A stretch of DNA of 64,000 nt from an uncultured virus (IMG/VR IMGVR_UViG_3300045996_002556) (lineage: Duplodnaviria; Heunggongvirae; Uroviricota; Caudoviricetes). Shown in pieces: positions 48,670 through 57,753 of the stretch (position 1 is the stretch's first letter; each line of letters begins with the position of its first letter). Below the pieces are notes generated by a model. It saw only the letters and a program-made list of their open reading frames with translations. It searched no databases and had not been told where the DNA came from. The DNA is taken from IMG/VR virus record IMGVR_UViG_3300045996_002556. One strand, given 5' to 3'. The translations under genes were made by a program, and so were the position numbers.

Positions 48670-49499
48670 CCCTGGTACGCCACCAGTGCCGCCGCCCAAT
48701 CGGAAGCGAAGATGCTACCGAACGTAGCGACATAGCCCCCCGCAGCCGGCGCCGTGCGGTATTCGAGGAAGAGGTAGAGCTGCGAGGCATTCGCGCTCCC
48801 AGCACCCGTCCACCCGCTGCCGGCCGAAAGCGTCGGGTCAGCCCCGGCAGAGCCGCACACCGCCCCGATCAGGAGGGTGTTCGCCACCGTCGTCGTCGCG
48901 GTGCCGGAGGACGGGGAGTTACTACTCCCCGTGGCGGTCGCCGTCACATCCACCGGATCAGCCTCCGAGATGCTCGTAAACGCCACTGCCGCTGCGCTCA
49001 GGTCCGTCGGCCCAGTGGCCGCAATGGTGATCGCATCACCGGCTTGCAGGGCGGTGCCGACGTGGGCCGAGAAGATAATGGCGCGGCTCAGCCCGGGGTT
49101 AGCGACCAGCGCATCCGCAGCGTAGGTATTCCCGCGCGCATCCGTGACGGAGATGGTCACCACCTCGTCTTCAGTGCCGACTCCTACGACCACTCGCGAG
49201 CCGAGCGCCACGCCACTCGGCGGCACCGTCAGCACCAGCTCCTCGCCGCTGCCCTGGCCGGAGTCTAGTTCGCCCACCACGCCCGGTTCGCCGCCGACGC
49301 TGGCCGTGCCGCCGAGTAAGAGTAAAAGCGCTCCCACCTGTTGTTTCTCCTTCGCCGTCAGTCGCCCCCGGCTCGCGGAGCCGACAGGCCCAGGTCTCGC
49401 CGCTGCGCCCTGTGGGCCTGCCTTCAGGGGCAGGGGCACCAACAGGCACCCCCAGAACGCCACCCCCATCGCCGTCAAAGCCGCTGCGCCACGTCCCAT
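48666..49499 (-). CDS. Beta-rich putative virion/surface protein with hydrophobic N-terminus
   Basis: Thr/Ala/Gly/Ser-rich two-repeat domain; GGGAG RBS. Confidence 0.6.
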   Translation of the reverse strand: MGRGAAALTAMGVAFWGCLLVPLPLKAGPQGAAARPGPVGSASRGRLTAKEKQQVGALLLLLGGTASVGGEPGVVGELDSGQGSGEELVLTVPPSGVALGSRVVVGVGTEDEVVTISVTDARGNTYAADALVANPGLSRAIIFSAHVGTALQAGDAITIAATGPTDLSAAAVAFTSISEADPVDVTATATGSSNSPSSGTATTTVANTLLIGAVCGSAGADPTLSAGSGWTGAGSANASQLYLFLEYRTAPAAGGYVATFGSIFASDWAAALVAYQG

Positions 49500-49543
49500 G
49501 TCAGTCTCCCAAGCATCCCTGGGATACTAACGGGCTGTCGGGC

Positions 49544-49939
49544 CTATTCGATTCGGCGCCCGATCAGATACAGGGTCCGTGCACCGCCCTGGTTGACCGG
49601 AACCCCTGCGGTGCCGCTGCGGATCGTCACGCCTTGCAGACCGGCGAACGCCGCGATGTGGGCGGACGTGAAGACGACGTAGCGCGAAGCCGCGGCGGTA
49701 ACGGTTAGTTCGGTACCGGTGCTGTCGTAGACATCGACCAGCGTCGAGCCGTCGATCGTACCCCTGAACGTCAGGTTCGCCGCCGTCCACGCGGGGGGCA
49801 TCAGGATCGCAATGGGCGTATAGCCGCCGAGATCCTGGTAGAGCGCGGGGGCAGCCGGCACCGCCGCCCCGCTCGGGATCGTCACCGTAAACCGCCGCAG
49901 CCGCAGACCGGCTTGTTCCGTGGAGAGTAGTTCACTCAT
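49544..49939 (-). CDS. Conserved phage virion protein
   Basis: VTIPSG..I.MP.AWTAANLTF...DG...D.YD..G.E..RSGT...PVNQ...R. Confidence 0.7.
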   Translation of the reverse strand: MSELLSTEQAGLRLRRFTVTIPSGAAVPAAPALYQDLGGYTPIAILMPPAWTAANLTFRGTIDGSTLVDVYDSTGTELTVTAAASRYVVFTSAHIAAFAGLQGVTIRSGTAGVPVNQGGARTLYLIGRRIE

Positions 49940-49943
49940 CGGG

Positions 49944-50462
49944 TTACACCCTTTCCGTCACGCACTCCGCCGGCACGCGCACTTCCGTGCCGTCCTCCAG
50001 CCGCACCTTCGGACCGGACCGGCCCCGCGCCCCGTCGATCTTCAGCGCCGGGCGCTTGTCGCCGTCAATGGTGACCCACACCGGCTCGCCACCCTCCGCC
50101 GCTCCATCCCCATCCGCCACCACCTGGGTAGAAGTCGCAGGGGGCGCAGGCGCTGCCGGCTGTTTGGCAGCGTAGAATGCGGCGGCACAAGGGGCGACGT
50201 GGGCTGCAAAGGCGCCGAAGTCAGTGAAGGGCGCTTCGCAGGTCGGGCACCGATGCGCCGCAGTCGGGGCAGGCTCCGTGTAGGACGCCGTAACCGCCTT
50301 GAACTCCAGCTTCGCGGCGGGTACGCGCTTCTTGAAGTGCTCCGCGATGTGCGCCGGCCACACCTGGGCCTCTCCAGGGGCGAGGATATGCGGCATCGAG
50401 TTCCACATCACCTCCCAGCCGCGCGTGTCCACGTTCTTGATCCGCACCATACCTTCGGACAT
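49944..50462 (-). CDS. Hypothetical protein with C2H-type finger and C-terminal SH3-like barrel
   Basis: CPTC..F...F.AH...C; PKVRLEDGTEVRVP. Confidence 0.65.
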   Translation of the reverse strand: MSEGMVRIKNVDTRGWEVMWNSMPHILAPGEAQVWPAHIAEHFKKRVPAAKLEFKAVTASYTEPAPTAAHRCPTCEAPFTDFGAFAAHVAPCAAAFYAAKQPAAPAPPATSTQVVADGDGAAEGGEPVWVTIDGDKRPALKIDGARGRSGPKVRLEDGTEVRVPAECVTERV

Positions 50463-50474
50463 ACAGAATTCTCC

Positions 50475-51176
50475 TTACCAGTCGTAAGCGTCGTATTGAT
50501 CGCCACGCACGCGGCGCGGCCCCGGGTTGCGCAGGCGCGTCACCAGGGATTTCAGTTCTTCCGCGGCCTTTTCGGCACGCGGCAGCCAGTAGCCGATCGG
50601 GGCATCGGGCCGACCCTGAGCCATTTCGAGCTCCGCCATCTTCCAGCAGGTCACCGGCAGCAGGTAGTCCTGCCACGCCGCCTGCATCGCGGGCTCGTCA
50701 TCGTCGTCCTCCAGGTCCGGCGGCGCGATGAAGCACGCATACCGGAGCCCGGCGGAGACGGAGGTCTGCGGCTTGGGGAAGAGCTTCAGGATGACGTGGG
50801 CACCGGAGGTGTCGCCGGTTCGCAGGTAGTAAGCCCACGGGTCTGCCGCGGCTACCTCGTCCAGCGGGCCACAGCGCTGCTGCAGCTCCTTGAGCGCCAC
50901 GAACCGGAGGGGCTGCCAGGTCCCGCTGTTCTGAATGCGGAGCGTATCGTTCTCCACCTCGAACACGTCCGTGCCGAGGGCGATGGAGGAGGTGCCCGCG
51001 ACCACATTGGCCTGCCGCTCGTCCCAATAGAGCCGAGACTCCTTGGCGAGCCAGCGGTGCGCTTCGTTGATCGCATCCGCCATCACCGGGTTAGTCCACT
51101 TCCGGTCTTCCGCTCCGCTCCCGAGGATGCCGTAACGCTGGAGGGCCCGTCGCCGTAACGCGACCAGGGTTGCCAT
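50475..51176 (-). CDS. Head-tail adaptor-like protein, paralogue 2
   Basis: MATL..LR..INEAHRWL..P..Y..LFPKP..L..D.DEP. Confidence 0.7.
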   Translation of the reverse strand: MATLVALRRRALQRYGILGSGAEDRKWTNPVMADAINEAHRWLAKESRLYWDERQANVVAGTSSIALGTDVFEVENDTLRIQNSGTWQPLRFVALKELQQRCGPLDEVAAADPWAYYLRTGDTSGAHVILKLFPKPQTSVSAGLRYACFIAPPDLEDDDDEPAMQAAWQDYLLPVTCWKMAELEMAQGRPDAPIGYWLPRAEKAAEELKSLVTRLRNPGPRRVRGDQYDAYDW

Positions 51177-51180
51177 CTAC

Positions 51181-51921
51181 CTACACCCCCAGCGTAGCGG
51201 GGCGCATCCGCTCCATCGCGTCCGCCAACGGGCTCGCGAGGGTCTCCGCGGTGCGCGCCGGCTCGCGGGTGGCCTGCCGGGTGAGGCGGTGGAACTCCGC
51301 GGCGTCGATCCGCGACTTGCCCGCCCACAGCTCCACCGGAGCATCCGGGCGACCCCGGGAAGCCTCGTAGTTCGCCATCTGCCAGCACACCGCCGAGTAG
51401 AGCCGCTGCACGTCCGGGTCAGGCAGGTTGATCGGGTCGTTGTCGTTGACCAGCAGCGAGGGGTAGACCCACGCGCCGTACTTCAACGTGCCGGCGCTGT
51501 TGAGGGCCGGGACCACGAAGATTTTCTTGGTCGGTGCGTCGGGATCGCCGGCCCGGATCGCGAAGCCCACCGGAGTGCCGGCGGCGACGTTTTCGAGCGC
51601 GACGTACTTGTCGAGGAACGACTCGTAGAGGCAGAAGGGGAGGCGCACGTAGGTGCTACTCCCGGTGGGCACGTAGCGGAACGTGCGCACCTGCGGCTCG
51701 ATCACGCTGGCGTCGAGGCTGTACTCCTGCTGGCCGGTGATCAGGCTCAGTGAAAGCGCGTCGTTCTCATAGCACTTCGTGACGCCGGCCAGCCAGAAAT
51801 GGGCGCGGTTCACGCACGCGTTCAGGAAGAGGTTTACGAACTGCCGGTCTTCCGTGTCGCTGTACTCCAGCCCATACATGCCCCGCGACTCCTTGCGGGC
51901 ATTAGCGAGGGTGGTTGCCAT
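51181..51921 (-). CDS. Head-tail adaptor-like protein, paralogue 1
   Basis: MATTL...R..VNRAHFWL..GQQEYSL..GTP..F..VVP..L..D.DP. Confidence 0.7.
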   Translation of the reverse strand: MATTLANARKESRGMYGLEYSDTEDRQFVNLFLNACVNRAHFWLAGVTKCYENDALSLSLITGQQEYSLDASVIEPQVRTFRYVPTGSSTYVRLPFCLYESFLDKYVALENVAAGTPVGFAIRAGDPDAPTKKIFVVPALNSAGTLKYGAWVYPSLLVNDNDPINLPDPDVQRLYSAVCWQMANYEASRGRPDAPVELWAGKSRIDAAEFHRLTRQATREPARTAETLASPLADAMERMRPATLGV

Positions 51922-51935
51922 CGTTCAGGGTCTCC

Positions 51936-52208
51936 CTACTGCGCCGGAGTCGGCGGCTGGTTCAGGTCAAAGGTGTGGCCGCCCTCGCAGCGCCAATACC
52001 GCTTTCCTTTCGCGGTGTAGGGCCGGGCGGGGCGTTCGCAGAAGTGGCAGGGCGTCACTTGCTCGGTGGGCTTTGCAGCCGGTCGGAGTGGCCCGCCCGC
52101 GGTGGCGGCCTCCGGCGGCGCAGGCTCGGCGAGGGCGGCATCGACGGCCTCGGCAAAGGCGCGGGCCGCTACCCCCACGCAGCGCAGCCAGCGGTCAGAG
52201 GTGCTCAT
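51936..52208 (-). CDS. Small zinc-ribbon protein
   Basis: CHFC..WRCEGGH. Confidence 0.55.
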   Translation of the reverse strand: MSTSDRWLRCVGVAARAFAEAVDAALAEPAPPEAATAGGPLRPAAKPTEQVTPCHFCERPARPYTAKGKRYWRCEGGHTFDLNQPPTPAQ

Positions 52209-52209
52209 C

Positions 52210-52659
52210 CTAATCGATCAGGACGAGGTGGTAATTCATCGTGACGCCGGAGTAGTTACCGATTACGATGCTGTCGATGTCCGTCACACTCGGCTCAGCC
52301 CCGCCGGTGATGATGGTGGTATCCGCCGCGGCGAGGATGCTGTCGAAGCCGGGCAAAACGAAGGGCTGCTTCGCCGCGACCTTGAAGGTGGCGTTGGTGC
52401 TGGCGCCGACGAACTGGATGTAGCTGTCCTGATCCGCCCAGTAGTGCAGGTAGTCCCAATCGACCGGGGAGTCGTTGTCGTCGTCGTACACGGTCACTAC
52501 GGTAGCGGTGGCGAGGGAGCCGATCATTTCGTGCTTCGTGCCGCTCACCGTGATGCTGAACGGGGTCGCAAACGCATCGGTGGCCGCGCCCTGCTTGGCC
52601 CGCGTGACGATGCCCTGGCTGTCCATTTCCAGGCTGTTAAGGATGTTCAGAATAGCCAT
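52210..52659 (-). CDS. Putative virion structural protein
   Basis: Beta-rich composition; GGAGGA RBS; position. Confidence 0.65.
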   Translation of the reverse strand: MAILNILNSLEMDSQGIVTRAKQGAATDAFATPFSITVSGTKHEMIGSLATATVVTVYDDDNDSPVDWDYLHYWADQDSYIQFVGASTNATFKVAAKQPFVLPGFDSILAAADTTIITGGAEPSVTDIDSIVIGNYSGVTMNYHLVLID

Positions 52660-52679
52660 ACGCGGGTCAGTCCTCCGGC

Positions 52680-52705
52680 AAAAAAGCCCTGGCCGAAGCC
52701 AGAGT
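52680..52705 (-). terminator. Intrinsic terminator with UUCG loop
   Basis: CTGGC-TTCG-GCCAG then GGCTTTTTT on the minus strand. Confidence 0.7.
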
Positions 52706-52734
52706 GGGGAGTTTGTCTAGTGCAAAACGACCGG

Positions 52735-53229
52735 TTAGCGACCCGGTAGCGAGATGATCTGGCCCCGGCTCCTCGCGGGAGCCCGCGAGCGCCCCTCGTA
52801 GGCGAATCGCAGCCCGTCCATTACGTCCTGCGAGCCGTGGCGGGCCGCGCCGATCGCTTCCTGCGCCACCGCCGCCGCGACGTACTTGGCCGCCTCGCCC
52901 GCTTCATCCATCGTCGCCTGCCACTCGCGCTCGACGCGCTGGGCATTCCGTTCGGCGATGGCTTTCATGTTCAGGGGCTGGTCACGAGCCCGAAGCGTGG
53001 CGAGCATCAGCACGGGGTAGCAATCCGGATGCATCGGAGCGCCGTCTTTTTCGACCGCTGAAATGAAGGCCCAGCCGAACTCTCTACTCGGCCCCCACAG
53101 TTCGTAACGTTGGGTCTGGCCGTTCCACACGCAGCGGAGCTTGCGGTCGATGCAGGCCACTACGCGGGTGAGGCGCTGGCATTCCGGCAGGTTCGGGCGG
53201 AGGTGTTCGGGTAATCGGTCGTAACGCAT
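52735..53229 (-). CDS. Hypothetical phage protein
   Basis: TAATG coupling; IDRKLRCVWNGQTQRYELW. Confidence 0.65.
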   Translation of the reverse strand: MRYDRLPEHLRPNLPECQRLTRVVACIDRKLRCVWNGQTQRYELWGPSREFGWAFISAVEKDGAPMHPDCYPVLMLATLRARDQPLNMKAIAERNAQRVEREWQATMDEAGEAAKYVAAAVAQEAIGAARHGSQDVMDGLRFAYEGRSRAPARSRGQIISLPGR

Positions 53230-53750
53230 TAGACGGGCACCCCATCGCGCTCCCAATAAAGGGCAACACGCGCTCGCTTGACGTGCTCAGGGTCGCCCCC
53301 TGCCAAGATATAAACCGGGTCCGCGCTCGGCACGCGCACCTGTTGCCCTGATGCGTCGGCCAGAATGCAGAATTCCGGATTACTGCCACAGAGATGGCAG
53401 TGGATCTTCCCGTACGGTGCGGGTTTCCCCGCTTCCACCGCCTGCCGGCCGCGGTCTTCGCTTTCCAGCTCGCCGATCAGGCGCAGGGCCGCACCGAACA
53501 CATCCTCGCCGGGCAAGATAGGCAGGGCACGTTCGGCCAGCGCAATCGAGAGCGCGCTGTGCCGCTCGCTCAACTCCTCACGGGCAAGCAGCGCATCGGC
53601 GGCATCGGCGGCATCGGCAAGCCGGCTCCACACGCCGGAGCGAGCATCCCAATTCGTCGCCTCCTGACGAGCCTTTCGGCGCAGGTCTTGCAATGTCTCG
53701 CGGTCGAGTTCCAAAGGGTCGTTTCCTTCCAGAAAAGCACTACCGGCCAC
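53229..53750 (-). CDS. Hypothetical protein, start uncertain
   Basis: ORF after the capsid terminator; CHLC. Confidence 0.55.
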   Translation of the reverse strand: MAGSAFLEGNDPLELDRETLQDLRRKARQEATNWDARSGVWSRLADAADAADALLAREELSERHSALSIALAERALPILPGEDVFGAALRLIGELESEDRGRQAVEAGKPAPYGKIHCHLCGSNPEFCILADASGQQVRVPSADPVYILAGGDPEHVKRARVALYWERDGVPV

Positions 53751-53773
53751 GCCTTTCCAGGCGTGGCCGGTAG
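53732..53773 (-). terminator. Terminator after the major capsid gene
   Basis: 15-bp perfect stem, GGAA loop, TGCTTTTCT tail. Confidence 0.8.
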
Positions 53774-53803
53774 GGTCGTCAGGGAGCCGTTACCCGGTCA
53801 GGG

Positions 53804-55021
53804 TTAGGACTCGGAGATGTCATCGAGGACGGTGGACCGGTTGCAGCACTGGGCTCCAAGCTGCATCTCGGTCAGCATCATAGCCTCCAGGGCGTCCGAG
53901 CCGTCGAGCGCCCGGTGGAGCACCGTGCCGTCCTCGTCCCACCAATCCAGCGGCGTGAGCTCGAAGAGGATCAGATCGTCTTCGCGCACGCCCCAGATTT
54001 CGTTGTCCCGGCACATGCGGTCCGAGATCCAGACGCACTTGCCGCCGCGGTGGGTCACCTCCACCGCTTCGTAGCCGCCATCCAGCGTCATCACCTCGGG
54101 GTTGAACCGACGGTCTACGCGGCACAGGTCCGCGTAGTTCTGCGAATGGACATGCTGGCTGTATATCGCCGATGGTCCATTCCCTCCTCCGCCGTTCTTC
54201 TGCGCTTCGAGGCACAGGTCGTCCACGAGGCGCAGAGTCAGGCTGCGGTTGGTGCCGCTGTTCCCCAGCATGTTCGCATTCAGCCAGGTGTAGGTCGAGC
54301 GCGAAAGCCCCTGGAACGTGGACGCGCGCGTGCCGTCGTCCAGGATTGCGGCGAGGCCGGTGACCTCCTCGTTGCGGGCGTCCTCGCGGTAAACGAAGGA
54401 GTCGTTCGACCACGTTTGCGCGGACGCCAGGGTGACCGTGTTCGTGCTGCGGTTGACGGCGGTGATTTCGATCGAGTTCACCTCCTGCGTGCCGCCGGAG
54501 GTGTAGATGTCGATCAGCATCCCTTCGTAGAGGTGGTCCACGCCGGGATTGTCCACGACGAGCGCGGTGGTAGCCGTGCCCGCACCGCTGGCCTGCGCCA
54601 GCTTGCCGGTGCCGTCGCCGAACACGATCTGGCGGCCCACATCGTAGCCGACGGACTCGCGGATACCGTCCATTTCCATCCGCAAGGCCGAGGCGAACGC
54701 CCCGGTGTTGGACTTGGACTGGCGCACCACTGGTCCGGACAGCTTGATCTTGCCGTAGATCCGTTTGACTTCCAGGGTCATCTGGGTGATGCCCTGCTGC
54801 TGCGCCGCCGGAAGAGCCGCGAGTTCGGCTCGCGCGCCAACCGCCTGCGAGCGGCGGTAGTGCGCCGCGATGTGGGTGGTCTTGCCGTTGAAGACGCTCT
54901 TATCGGTCTGGCGCTGGAGGCGCTTGTAGGCCGGAACGTCCTTGTAGAACTGCCCCCGGATGCGGGGCATATAGACCTCTTTGAAGAGGCCGTCGAGAGT
55001 GGTGAGATTGGCTGCTGCCAT
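53804..55021 (-). CDS. Major capsid protein
   Basis: LFKEVY, E.AALP, GDGTG insertion domain, GLAAIL, GLSR.TY; follows scaffold-like gene; followed by terminator. Confidence 0.85.
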   Translation of the reverse strand: MAAANLTTLDGLFKEVYMPRIRGQFYKDVPAYKRLQRQTDKSVFNGKTTHIAAHYRRSQAVGARAELAALPAAQQQGITQMTLEVKRIYGKIKLSGPVVRQSKSNTGAFASALRMEMDGIRESVGYDVGRQIVFGDGTGKLAQASGAGTATTALVVDNPGVDHLYEGMLIDIYTSGGTQEVNSIEITAVNRSTNTVTLASAQTWSNDSFVYREDARNEEVTGLAAILDDGTRASTFQGLSRSTYTWLNANMLGNSGTNRSLTLRLVDDLCLEAQKNGGGGNGPSAIYSQHVHSQNYADLCRVDRRFNPEVMTLDGGYEAVEVTHRGGKCVWISDRMCRDNEIWGVREDDLILFELTPLDWWDEDGTVLHRALDGSDALEAMMLTEMQLGAQCCNRSTVLDDISES

Positions 55022-55061
55022 CGGAGTTCCTCGTCAGAGTGAGGGCCTCCGCGGTAGCGGC

Positions 55062-56141
55062 TTACGCGTGGCGTCCGGTAGCCTCCAGATAGGACTTGGT
55101 GGCGCGCTCTACATCCAGATTGGAGAGAGCGGCCGGGTCGAACTGGACAGCCGGCGACGGGGAAGCCCCGCCGGCCACGACGGGCCGCTGTTGCGCGGCG
55201 GCCGATTGGTGAACGGCCTCCGCTGAAAGCTGATTGCGATACACCCGCTGATACCGGTCGAGCAGCGCCTGGGCGTGGAACTCCATCGGACGCCCGCTGG
55301 CGTCGTCGGACCACGCGCGGATCAGGTCCTGCTGCAGTTCGGTATCTGCAAAGGCGGTGAACTTGCCCTTGACCACCTCCAGTTCGGCGGCCCACGCGGA
55401 GGCTTGCGCCTGACGCTCCGCTTCCTGCCGGGCCGTGTCGATGGCCTGGCGCTCTGCTTCGCGCTGTTGCTCCCAGGTGGTGAGCTTCTGCGTGGTTTCG
55501 TCCATGCGGGCCTGAATGGCGCGCTGGATCTCTTCCGCCTGCTGACGCGCCTGGATGGCTTGCTGGTGGCTCTCGAAGGACGCCTCCAGGGCCGCATAGG
55601 CGGCGGCGGGCATGTCGGGGTCAAACCGGTCCACGTTCCGCGCTTCGCACCACGCGTCGAAGTCCAGCGCCGCCGGAGCAGTGGGGACCTCGGGGGCAGG
55701 TGCAGCCTGCGGAGCGGGGGCCGGGGCTTCGAGCGCCGCGAGGATTTGCTCGGGCGAGAAACCGGCCTGGCTAAAACGGCTGATTACCGTTTGGTAGCCT
55801 GCAATCGCTTCCAGCTCGGAGAGCCGAGTAGTTGCGTCTTTCAGCCGCGTGTTCACTTCATCGAAGCGAGAACGCGGGATGTGGGCGCTGCGCTGCTCCG
55901 CCGTGTCTGTACCGCCGACACTCGCGGGGGTTTCGGGAGCAGGAGTCTCCACGGCCGTAGGTGCCGCCACCGTTTCCGGGGCTGCAGGCACCGCGGGCAT
56001 CTCGGCAGCCGGTTCGGCGAAGAAGCCGCTGGTGCCGAGGTAACTGGTGATTTCGTCCACCCCTACCGGGGCGTCGTAGTTCGCAGGGGGCGAGCCCGCG
56101 TCCGGCGTGCCAGAGTTTACCGCCAGGTCCATTCCGTCCAT
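55062..56141 (-). CDS. Scaffolding-like protein
   Basis: Acidic Pro/Ala-rich N-terminus; HIPRSRFDEVN motif; coiled coil; AAGGA RBS. Confidence 0.75.
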   Translation of the reverse strand: MDGMDLAVNSGTPDAGSPPANYDAPVGVDEITSYLGTSGFFAEPAAEMPAVPAAPETVAAPTAVETPAPETPASVGGTDTAEQRSAHIPRSRFDEVNTRLKDATTRLSELEAIAGYQTVISRFSQAGFSPEQILAALEAPAPAPQAAPAPEVPTAPAALDFDAWCEARNVDRFDPDMPAAAYAALEASFESHQQAIQARQQAEEIQRAIQARMDETTQKLTTWEQQREAERQAIDTARQEAERQAQASAWAAELEVVKGKFTAFADTELQQDLIRAWSDDASGRPMEFHAQALLDRYQRVYRNQLSAEAVHQSAAAQQRPVVAGGASPSPAVQFDPAALSNLDVERATKSYLEATGRHA

Positions 56142-56304
56142 GCAGTTCCTTTCGGAGGTGCGCACGTTTACCGCCCGTGCGCCAGGCGAAGGCCGCTCCC
56201 GGAGTTGCACCGGATGGCTGTTGCGGCCAGAAAGCAGCACAGGCCACCCCGCGAAGGAGTGACCTGCCTGTGCTGCGCCGATATGGAGTTGAAGGGTTGC
56301 TCCC
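56142..56304 (-). ncRNA. Candidate structured leader RNA of the scaffold-capsid unit
   Basis: Three to four consecutive stems including CCGG-TGCAACT-CCGG. Confidence 0.4.
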
Positions 56305-56622
56305 CTACAGTTCGAGTGTCTCCAGCATCCCGAGAAGTTGGCGCTGCGAGCCCAAGAGCCGCGCGTCCAGACTACCGAGCCGAGAGGCCAGTGGCGACTC
56401 CAGGGGGCTATTGGCCGGGCTTTCCGCCACGCCATCCTCGCAAACAGTGACGCGCAGCACCGGGCCAAGCCGTTCTGCCAGCCTGCAAGTCACATCCTGA
56501 AGTTCGATCTGGCGCTTATTCAGTCGCTCCAGCGCCACCTCAATCGGGCTCAGGTCCCGAGCTACAGCAGGCATCGTCATCTTCCCGCTGCTCGCGCTAC
56601 CCATCGCATAACCATGATCCAT
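56305..56622 (-). CDS. Helical hypothetical protein
   Basis: GGAGG RBS; RLAERLGPVL..LETLEL. Confidence 0.6.
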   Translation of the reverse strand: MDHGYAMGSASSGKMTMPAVARDLSPIEVALERLNKRQIELQDVTCRLAERLGPVLRVTVCEDGVAESPANSPLESPLASRLGSLDARLLGSQRQLLGMLETLEL

Positions 56623-56890
56623 TCATTCCTCCTATCTCTTCTCGCGTTGCATCCATCTGCCGCACTTCGCGGGGGAGCGGCTTGGCCGACAGTTTCTCCG
56701 AATGGCAAAGCCAACAGCGCGGGTTACCGCAGTCCGTCGGGTGCATCTTGCGCGAACGACCGCGCTGCTCCGGGGACATTTCCGCCGCGCTCCATACGCG
56801 GCCGGTCTGCGGGCCATAGAAGGTCTGCCACCACTTGACCCTTCGGGCAACGATGCGCTCAGTGCGGGCTCGACGTTGTCCGCGGTCCAT
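56597..56890 (-). CDS. Basic Cys-containing protein
   Basis: GGAGG RBS; CGNPRCWLC. Confidence 0.6.
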   Translation of the reverse strand: MDRGQRRARTERIVARRVKWWQTFYGPQTGRVWSAAEMSPEQRGRSRKMHPTDCGNPRCWLCHSEKLSAKPLPREVRQMDATREEIGGMNGSWLCDG

Positions 56891-56898
56891 CTGACCTC

Positions 56899-57327
56899 CT
56901 ACTCGCTCTTGCTCCACTTTTCGTTCGGATCGAGCGCCCACACCCACTTGTACACGTCCTGCGCAAGCTGGCCGATGGAATAGCAGATCGGCTCCTCCAG
57001 CGCCATCGGGATGCCCTCGCACCGGAGCGCTCCGAGCGTCACCCGCTGTAGGTGGAACGCCCCGTGCAGGCATTCGTGAAATACCAGTTCGCTATCCCAG
57101 TCCCCGCGCACCAGATGCACGTCGCCGAGACGACGCTTCTCCAGCAGTCAAGAGCCCGAAAGGGTGTCACCGCAGACAAAACACGCCCGGCAGTCGTCGT
57201 TCCACTCCAGCCCGCGTTTCGCCAGATGAACGTTCATCTGGTTCCGGCTCGACCACAGCACGGCGCGGACGTGGTAGCCCGGATGCGCGTAGAGGGAGAA
57301 CCAGTGGAGGTTGGGCTTCTTGCTCAC
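56899..57327 (-). pseudogene. HExxH protein interrupted by an in-frame TGA (57148-57150)
   Basis: Two ORF-track entries share a frame: DTLSGS*LLEKRRLGDVHLV..FHECLH..EEPICY. Confidence 0.7.
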
Positions 57328-57662
57328 ATCCCGCCTTCCATCGCCATCACCGCATCGGCCCGAGCAGGATCTATCCCTGCATGCGCTGCCGATACTTCGG
57401 GTTGGAGTGCCACCCACGCATCGCACGTCCCATCGGCCTCTACCGGATAGCCGTTGAATAACGAGCATCCCTGCGTTGCCCCGCTAAAGTACTCGCAGGT
57501 TGCGCACGACTGCTCCGGCTGCGGCGCCTGCTCCGTGTAGTTCGGCGGCGTCTCCCCACCCTCGGCCGGAGCCTGGGGTGCCATCGGGAGTTCGCGAGGC
57601 TGAGCCGCACCCGGGCCAAGTAGCTCACGGGCGAATTGCTGTCGATCCATCGGAATGTTCAT
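57324..57662 (-). CDS. HiPIP-like four-Cys protein
   Basis: NY..EQSCATCEYF......CSLF.GYPVEADGTCDAW. Confidence 0.75.
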   Translation of the reverse strand: MNIPMDRQQFARELLGPGAAQPRELPMAPQAPAEGGETPPNYTEQAPQPEQSCATCEYFSGATQGCSLFNGYPVEADGTCDAWVALQPEVSAAHAGIDPARADAVMAMEGGM

Positions 57663-57753
57663 GCTGTTTTCTCGGCCCAAAAACCCGCGGGCCCTTTTAC
57701 GTGCTGATCGTGCCTGAAAGCGACCATCGCAGGCACGTAATACGCTGGGCCCC

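Noticed and set aside
56191..56228. tRNA suggested by the T-arm-like stem-loop
   Set aside because: No D-arm, anticodon arm or acceptor/CCA geometry found
56142..56468. N-terminal extension of the scaffold ORF
   Set aside because: Overlaps the upstream gene and structured leader; ATG at 56141 has an AAGGA RBS
57100..57150. Selenocysteine insertion or genome-wide UGA recoding
   Set aside because: TGA is the normal coupled stop throughout; the hairpin loop lacks the usual early G of bacterial SECIS elements; no redox motif context
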